32,000 bases of DNA, from positions 206,132 through 238,131 of the forward strand of contig JAQTTP010000001.1 in NCBI GenBank assembly GCA_028710695.1. The letters are read 5' to 3'. Below, in pieces: positions 27,495 to 32,000 of the stretch (its first letter is position 1; every line of letters starts with the position of its first letter). The stretch is from Candidatus Iainarchaeum sp. (lineage in GTDB: Archaea > Iainarchaeota > Iainarchaeia > Iainarchaeales > 0-14-0-20-30-16). Below the pieces are notes generated by a model. That model was not told the DNA's origin. It did not search any database and saw only the letters and a program-made list of their open reading frames with translations. A program made the translations under genes and the position numbers.

Positions 27495-27941
27495 TTACTT
27501 TCTTGGGGAAAAACCCCAAATCTCGTCGCCAACGTAATGTAAGTTCTTTACTACTTTTCCCTTATCCATGCCTTTAATCTCTGTAGAGCTATATATTGCA
27601 AACCCTAAGGCCAGATTTTGTTTGTGTTCTGCATCGGCAATGAAAACCACAGAATCTTTTTGAAACTCTTCTGTAGAGATTATTCCTGGGCGCATTAAAT
27701 CTGCGCCTTTTACCACAAAAGGTATTGCTCCTTTGTCTACATAAACATGTGGGAAAGTCAGAGTTGTATTTTTTAGAGTGGGATATATCTGTCCATCATG
27801 CTCAAAAAGTATTGGTGTTCCATTTTGTAAGAATAAGTTTTCTGCTTTTTGAACTCTATCTTTTATATCAAATGAAATGTTATATTTAGAAATCTTTTCA
27901 TTTAGTTCCTTTATTTCTTTTTTGCTTAAAGTTTGTAGCAT
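27495..27941 (-). CDS. PUA-domain RNA-binding protein (archaeal MCT-1/Tma20-like)
   Basis: 148 aa. C-terminal half VYVDKGAIPFVVKGADLMRPGI...VVFIADAEHKQNLALGFA matches the PUA-domain pattern. Confidence 0.7.
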   Translation of the reverse strand: MLQTLSKKEIKELNEKISKYNISFDIKDRVQKAENLFLQNGTPILFEHDGQIYPTLKNTTLTFPHVYVDKGAIPFVVKGADLMRPGIISTEEFQKDSVVFIADAEHKQNLALGFAIYSSTEIKGMDKGKVVKNLHYVGDEIWGFSPRK

Positions 27942-28001
27942 ATAATCCCTAAATATGTATAGTAGAATTAGATTTATATATGTTAGAGGAGTATATCACT
28001 T

Positions 28002-28469
28002 ATGTACGAAAAAAAATACTTACTGATGGCTATTAATGAGGCGAAAAAAGGGGTAAAGAAAAAACATGGCGGACCTTTTGGGGCTGTGCTTCTTGTAGAT
28101 GGAAAAATCTTCAAAGCCCACAATATGGTTCTAACAGATCACGACCCAACAAGGCATGCAGAGATAAGAGTTATCTCTAAAGCCTGTAAAAAATTAAAAA
28201 AAGAAAAACTTAAGAATGCAGTTTTATATTCTTCAACAGAGCCATGTCCTATGTGCCTATCCGCAATCCATTGGGCAGGGATAGATACAGTTTATTATTC
28301 AACAGAAATAGAAGATGCCGATAAAGCAGGATTTGATGAAATTAATTTGCATGCGGATAAAATCATTAAGCTTGCAAAACTAAAAATGAAAGTTATTGGC
28401 GGCTTAGAAAGAAAAAAAGGACTGGAAGCATTTGAATTATTAAAGAAAACAAAACTAAAAAGATATTAA
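28002..28469 (+). CDS. CDA-fold zinc deaminase (guanine deaminase GuaD / TadA-like)
   Basis: HAEIRVI (H-A-E zinc/catalytic motif) and LYSSTEPCPMCLSAIHWAGIDTVYYS (PC-x-x-C). 155 aa, the size and pattern of GuaD-type nucleobase deaminases. Confidence 0.75.
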   Translation: MYEKKYLLMAINEAKKGVKKKHGGPFGAVLLVDGKIFKAHNMVLTDHDPTRHAEIRVISKACKKLKKEKLKNAVLYSSTEPCPMCLSAIHWAGIDTVYYSTEIEDADKAGFDEINLHADKIIKLAKLKMKVIGGLERKKGLEAFELLKKTKLKRY

Positions 28470-29248
28470 ATTCCAAGGATTTCTTTTACTCTTGATTTTG
28501 TAAGATCTAATTCATAAGGATAAAATCCATCAGTTCCTTCTTTGAAATATCTCTCAATTAATGAAAGATAGTTTTTTGCATAGGCTCTGCCTACTACTCT
28601 ATTTAGAAGAATTTTTTTTCCACGTAATAATGCTGATTTGTTTCTTAATATGAACTCTGCCAGCAAAAATTCAGCAGGATGCATGCCCAACTCTTTTCTG
28701 AATTTGTTTGCTTCATTTGTTTCTGTTTTATAATCATAAAGCCCATCTCTGAATAATGTAGGTCTATGTAAATATCCGGGTTTAGTTCTTAATCTTTGTA
28801 TTACGTCAATTCTAATACAATCATCAAAATATCCGTTACCACTAAAAAAACCTAAAACAAATCTGGGGGCTCCAATAGAATCTTTTAAAACATAGTGCTG
28901 GTGTTTGACAATTGCTGCTCCAAGTCTGTTTCTTACTTCTTCTTCGTCGTATGCATCTCCATATCTCCATTCGCTTGCAAAATCTATGGAATAAACATCT
29001 GTTCTTTTTTTTGCTTCGTGGAAAGGAATAGATTTTCTTTCATCTATTTTGGACGCCGTTTTTTGTCTAAATCTTCTATCTTTGATTCTTCTTGCACTTT
29101 CCATAAGCTTGTAAATAATGTCCTGGCTCGCACCTTGTTTTACTGCCTTTTCAACAAGTTCTTTTAATCTAGTATCAACTGGATTTCTTTGTTCTCTGTT
29201 CATAATACTATGAAAATGTCTTTCGGGGCTATAAGGTCTTTTTGGCAT
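28466..29248 (-). CDS. Family-B protein, intact paralogue (B1): basic N-terminus + helix-GAS-helix (RHH-like) module + unknown, possibly GNAT-like, C-terminal domain
   Basis: ATG at 29248 (MPKRPYSPERH...) preferred, with a GGGGGT SD-like box upstream. Alignable along its whole length with the two ORFs 29792..30022 + 29229..29753. Conserved blocks VD-x-RLK-x-L-x-E-x-A-x-x-QGAS, ESA-x-RIKD-x-RF, IQR-x-RTKP, ELGM-x-P-x-EFLLAEFI-x-RN, LRG, NY-x-x-L-x-x-RYF. Confidence 0.7.
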   Translation of the reverse strand: MPKRPYSPERHFHSIMNREQRNPVDTRLKELVEKAVKQGASQDIIYKLMESARRIKDRRFRQKTASKIDERKSIPFHEAKKRTDVYSIDFASEWRYGDAYDEEEVRNRLGAAIVKHQHYVLKDSIGAPRFVLGFFSGNGYFDDCIRIDVIQRLRTKPGYLHRPTLFRDGLYDYKTETNEANKFRKELGMHPAEFLLAEFILRNKSALLRGKKILLNRVVGRAYAKNYLSLIERYFKEGTDGFYPYELDLTKSRVKEILGI

Positions 29249-29753
29249 TGTTTGTACCCCCGCTTCCAATAATTTCTTGTACTTTCTTTTTGTTTAAATC
29301 AAGAGTATATTTGCCTATGTTGAGTAACCCTTTTTTTGGTATAAAATATCTATCTAATAGTGGCGGATAATTCTTTTGGCCATAACCCCCAAACATCATG
29401 AAATCCATGATTACTTCTCCTCCACGCAAGATAAATTCTCTATTTCTAAATATAAATTCTGCTAGCAAAAACTCAGATGGATACATACCTAATTCTTGTT
29501 TAAATCTGTCAGATTCCACTTTTTCTTTTTCTGGATTCCATGCATATCCATGTTCATCTCTTGTGTATGCTGGTTTTGTTCGTTCTCTTTGTATAGAATG
29601 TATTACTATCTTTTTTCTGCTTACCTCATCATAGCAGAGGGTAAACCTTGCGGCTCTATTTCCATCTCTCAGTACTAAATGTTTATAACCAACTAGGCCA
29701 GGAACTATTGCATTTGTGTGCACATCTAAGAATTTGTCTGCATAGCCCCACAT
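29229..29753 (-). CDS. Family-B paralogue B2, C-terminal fragment ORF (in the -1 frame relative to 29792..30022)
   Basis: 174-aa ORF homologous to the C-terminal two-thirds of B1 (IHSIQRERTKPAY, QELGMYPSEFLLAEFIFRN, LRGG, KNYPPLLDRYF). Its reading frame stays open upstream of its ATG, through the A8 tract, and that upstream stretch also aligns to B1. Confidence 0.65.
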   Translation of the reverse strand: MWGYADKFLDVHTNAIVPGLVGYKHLVLRDGNRAARFTLCYDEVSRKKIVIHSIQRERTKPAYTRDEHGYAWNPEKEKVESDRFKQELGMYPSEFLLAEFIFRNREFILRGGEVIMDFMMFGGYGQKNYPPLLDRYFIPKKGLLNIGKYTLDLNKKKVQEIIGSGGTNNAKKTL

Positions 29754-29791
29754 TGGAACTTCATAAAAATCGTATGTGCCTGTTTTTGCTT

Positions 29792-30022
29792 TTACATCTT
29801 GGAAAGAAAGAGTTTTTTTTCTGGGCCTTTTGCTCTTGGGGCGTGAAATCTATTATCTTTTATTCTAATTGCTGATTCTAGTAAAGAATGCATTAATTCT
29901 CTGCTGGCCCCTTGTTCTTTTGCACGTTCTAAAAGTGATTTTAATCGTAAATCAACAGAATTAGTTTGTTTTCTTTTTAAAACACTTTCAAGATGTCTTT
30001 CTGGCTTGTAAGGCTTAGGCAT
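29792..30022 (-). CDS. Family-B paralogue B2, N-terminal fragment ORF (RHH-like module only)
   Basis: ATG at 30022 (MPKPYKPERHLESVLKRKQTNSVDLRLKSLLERAKEQGASRELMHSLLESAIRIKDNRF...), with a GAGGT SD 8 nt upstream. Terminates 7 codons after the A8 tract. Confidence 0.65.
   Translation of the reverse strand: MPKPYKPERHLESVLKRKQTNSVDLRLKSLLERAKEQGASRELMHSLLESAIRIKDNRFHAPRAKGPEKKLFLSKM
29813..29820 (-). other. A8 homopolymer (T8 on the + strand) = frameshift point joining the two B2 ORFs; A_AAA_AAA slippery heptamer in the zero frame
   Basis: Zero frame reads GGC CCA GAA AAA AAA CTC ... TAA. A -1 slip, or one extra A, gives GPEKK|TLSFQDVKAKTGTYDFYEVPMWGYAD. This aligns residue-for-residue with B1 ...DERKSIPFHEAKKRTDVYSIDFASEWRYGD. 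Confidence 0.7.
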
Positions 30023-30032
30023 ATAATTACCT

Positions 30033-30914
30033 CTACTGCCTGCCGTTTCCATTTTTTTTCATTTCTGCTTTATGAATATACATCTTTTTTTCTGCAGCAG
30101 ATTTAAGATCATCAAGATATTGATCTATTTGTTCTATTTTTTCAGGAGTTAGGCCGCTATATTGTAGAACATTTTTAATTGCTATTGGACAAGGCTTTGC
30201 CCCAATATTAAATCCAGATGCAAATTCTAAATCTGGAACATCCATCTTTAAACTGCGGGAAACATTTTCTTTTTGTTCTAGCCAAATTTGCTTAGCAATA
30301 TTATATAACTCGTTGACTAATTCTGTAGTGATTTTATAATAATCATAACCTCTTGCTCTTGGACAACTAACAAGCATTTCAAATTCGTCTCCGCCAGTTC
30401 TTCCCATCGTGAATTTTGTGTCTGAACCTTCATGTTTTCTTGCAAGTTCGGTTGCTGCTAAACCCATAACACTTAGATAGGTGTTTCCTAAACCATGCCC
30501 AAATTCGTCGTTTATTTTTTTCAAATTATTCATATCAATATATACATATGAAAAAACCCTGTCTGGATTTGTAACATAATGTCTTGCCCTAAGTTTAAAT
30601 CCTCTTTTATTTAATAATCCTGTTCCTTCATCTCTTTCTGAAAAACTTACTAATCTATGGAGATGCCTTATTCTCATTGTTTCGTATCTTTGTTTTAAAG
30701 TTTCAACGAAATTTCTGCTTGCTTTATCTCTTCTTGCTTGTAATAAAAGTTCTGGGTAATTGTTAGTAATAGTTTCAATCCTTTGGGCAGCACCCATTGG
30801 CGTATTTGAGGGATTAGCTCTTCGATCTAATTGCTCCGGAACTTCGTGTTCAGTTCTAGTAATTCTTCTTTCATGATGTCTTAAATTACGATTAGGTTGT
30901 CTTACTTTCCCCAT
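30033..30914 (-). CDS. Stand-alone GGDEF-domain protein (diguanylate-cyclase-type nucleotide cyclase) with a basic/helical N-terminal module
   Basis: 293 aa. RDEGTGLLNKRGF, VYIDMNNLKKINDEFGHGLGNTYL, MGRTGGDEFEMLV and ASGFNIGA occur in the canonical GGDEF-domain order and spacing. No TM segment. N-terminal PELLLQARRDKASRNFVETLKQ aligns with the helix-GAS-helix module of B1/B2. Confidence 0.8.
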   Translation of the reverse strand: MGKVRQPNRNLRHHERRITRTEHEVPEQLDRRANPSNTPMGAAQRIETITNNYPELLLQARRDKASRNFVETLKQRYETMRIRHLHRLVSFSERDEGTGLLNKRGFKLRARHYVTNPDRVFSYVYIDMNNLKKINDEFGHGLGNTYLSVMGLAATELARKHEGSDTKFTMGRTGGDEFEMLVSCPRARGYDYYKITTELVNELYNIAKQIWLEQKENVSRSLKMDVPDLEFASGFNIGAKPCPIAIKNVLQYSGLTPEKIEQIDQYLDDLKSAAEKKMYIHKAEMKKNGNGRQ

Positions 30915-30936
30915 AATGAAATATAACTAGCTCAGG

Positions 30937-30944
30937 TATAAAAA
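30937..30944 (-). promoter_or_regulatory. TATA-box-like element for the GGDEF operon
   Basis: Minus-strand CTTTTTATACC has its TATA core 23-30 nt upstream of the ATG at 30914, with no SD between. This suggests a leaderless first gene, while the downstream genes carry SD-like boxes. Confidence 0.3.
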
Positions 30945-31047
30945 GATTTCTATGATATAAAATGTATTAATTGAATATCCCAAACCCACTGGTTTGTGGA
31001 TCTGGTCTGTTTTTGGCAGACCGTGCCTTTTTTCCAAAAAGGCTGGC

Positions 31048-31119
31048 GCGGCTGTGATGTAACGGTTAGCATAATGGCCTTCCAAGCCGTTCGTCCGGGT
31101 TCGAATCCCGGCGGCCGCA
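31048..31119 (+). tRNA. tRNA-Gly (anticodon UCC)
   Basis: 72-nt cloverleaf: acceptor GCGGCTG/CGGCCGC (one T:G), D arm ATGT-AACGGTTA-GCAT, anticodon stem ATGGC/GCCGT, loop CTTCCAA, variable TCGT, T arm CCGGG-TTCGAAT-CCCGG, discriminator A, no encoded CCA. Confidence 0.9.
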
Positions 31120-31125
31120 TTTCTA

Positions 31126-31161
31126 AGCTTTTCTTTCTTTTAAAAAAAGAAAAGAAAAGCT
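31126..31161 (+). terminator. A/T-rich hairpin with T-runs after tRNA-Gly
   Basis: AGCTTTTCTTTCTTTT-AAAAAAA-GAAAAGAAAAGCT is a near-perfect inverted repeat with one bulged A. It starts 7 nt after the tRNA 3' end, and its 5' arm contains the oligo-T tracts used as archaeal termination signals. Confidence 0.45.
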
Positions 31162-31183
31162 CCAGTCGTGCAAAAGAAAGAAA

Positions 31184-31951
31184 ATGGTGGACGCAAGGTC
31201 CACAGAACACTATTTGTTTGGTGGTTGGTTGTTAGGATATATTTTGTTAAGCTCAATTATTGTATCTCTAATATCTGTATTGGGGGTAGTATTCCTTTAT
31301 GGAAAAACTTGGGCTCAAAGATTTGTGGATTTTGCAGTAAGCTTTGCTATTGGTGCAATTCTAGCAAATGTTTTTTTACATCTTTTTGAAGAAGCTGCGG
31401 AGTCTTATTCAATTTTATTTGGAATATTTGTTTTACTTGGAATAATTTGTTTTTTTATATTTGAAAAATATTTATTTTGGCACCACTGCCACAAACTTGA
31501 AGACCATGATCATTGCATAAAGCCGGTTGGTTATCTTACTTTATTTGCTGATGGAATACACAATATTTTTGATGGTTTTTTGATTGCAACCGCATATAGT
31601 ATAAATATTTCTGCAGGATTGTCTACTACATTAGCAGTGATTCTACACGAACTTCCACAAGAAATTGGGGAGCTGGGTTTGCTTATTGCAAGCGGATTCA
31701 AAAAAGGGAAAGCAGTTTTGTACAATTTTTTGAGCTCTCTATTAATTTTTTTAGGAGTTGGATTATTTTACTTATTATCTTCAAATTTTGCAAACATCCA
31801 GCCGTATTTAATTGCTTTTGTTGCAGGTAATTTCCTTTATATTGCGATGTCTGATCTGATACCTATCCTTCACGAGGAAAAGAAGCTATCAAAGTCCATA
31901 TTGCAGCTAGGATTTATCATATTAGGCATAGTTTTGATCCTAATCTTGTGA
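31184..31951 (+). CDS. ZIP-family divalent-metal (zinc) transporter
   Basis: Multi-TM 255-aa ORF with a His-rich loop WHHCHKLEDHDHC and the ZIP signature helices DGIHNIFDGFLIA and AVILHELPQEIGELGLL. Confidence 0.8.
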   Translation: MVDARSTEHYLFGGWLLGYILLSSIIVSLISVLGVVFLYGKTWAQRFVDFAVSFAIGAILANVFLHLFEEAAESYSILFGIFVLLGIICFFIFEKYLFWHHCHKLEDHDHCIKPVGYLTLFADGIHNIFDGFLIATAYSINISAGLSTTLAVILHELPQEIGELGLLIASGFKKGKAVLYNFLSSLLIFLGVGLFYLLSSNFANIQPYLIAFVAGNFLYIAMSDLIPILHEEKKLSKSILQLGFIILGIVLILIL

Positions 31952-32000
31952 TAGATTTATTTTTATTAATTTGCCCACCAAATCTTTCTAATCTTTAAAG

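Noticed and set aside
29020-29060. The conserved RIKD (RxxD) in family B as a c-di-GMP I-site-like or PilZ-like binding motif
   Set aside because: A four-residue RxxD string is expected by chance. The PilZ RxxxR...(D/N)xSxxG pair is not present in both paralogues. It is kept only as a remark, not as a call.
30915-31047. A c-di-GMP (GEMM-type) riboswitch upstream of the GGDEF gene
   Set aside because: The stem-loops lie upstream of the TATA-like box, hence outside the predicted near-leaderless transcript. They are simple A/U- or short GC-hairpins without the conserved GEMM tetraloop/receptor features I can recall.
27292-31119. An integrated mobile element or genomic island bracketed by tRNA-Trp and tRNA-Gly that would carry the GGDEF operon
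   Set aside because: I found no integrase, recombinase or transposase ORF and no direct repeat of either tRNA 3' end by eye. The segment also contains ordinary housekeeping-type genes (PUA protein, deaminase). It remains possible, but the sequence in this window does not support it.
30950-31235. ORFs 30950-31210 (-) and 30996-31235 (+)
   Set aside because: Both run straight through the tRNA-Gly gene and its flanking hairpins. The translations look random (Cys/Trp/Arg-rich from the GC-rich tRNA) and there are no translation signals.

Overview
This is an AT-rich, gene-dense archaeal window. The archaeal assignment rests on a group II chaperonin (thermosome), ribosomal protein eL42/L44e, tRNA-splicing endonuclease EndA, archaeal-type TruD/Pus7, a Hel308/Ski2-type helicase with a C-terminal HhH, and an intron-containing tRNA-Trp. 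The small, tightly packed genes, overlapping convergent stop codons and several large Cys-rich secreted proteins fit a small-genome DPANN-like archaeon, but that is inference. I can support about 31 protein-coding genes, 2 tRNAs and a few hairpin or oligo-T terminator-like sites. I saw no CRISPR array, rRNA, transposase or integrase. The housekeeping core is cmk-like kinase, SMC, eL42, DHH phosphoesterase, FKBP PPIase, small RIO/Bud32-like kinase, EndA, TruD, Hel308, U32 protein, thermosome, PUA protein, CDA-fold deaminase and ZIP transporter. Three accessory blocks stand out. (1) 28.47-30.91 kb, minus strand: an operon led by a stand-alone, motif-complete GGDEF (diguanylate-cyclase-type) protein, which is very unusual for an archaeon. 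It is followed by two paralogous proteins of unknown function. All three share a basic N-terminus plus a helix-GAS-helix (ribbon-helix-helix-like) module. One paralogue is split exactly at an A8 slippery run, so that a -1 shift restores the full-length protein. This is my best candidate for an undescribed signalling or toxin-antitoxin-like system. (2) 1-3.35 kb, minus strand: three paralogues of an unknown alpha/beta protein family surround an Arg-rich HExxH metalloprotease-like gene, downstream of a membrane-anchored protein. (3) Secreted or surface proteins: a 1294-aa Cys-rich giant at 10.2-14.1 kb and a three-gene secreted cluster at 24.4-27.3 kb. Functional calls come from motif recognition by eye, with no database search, so family assignments for the accessory genes are hypotheses.
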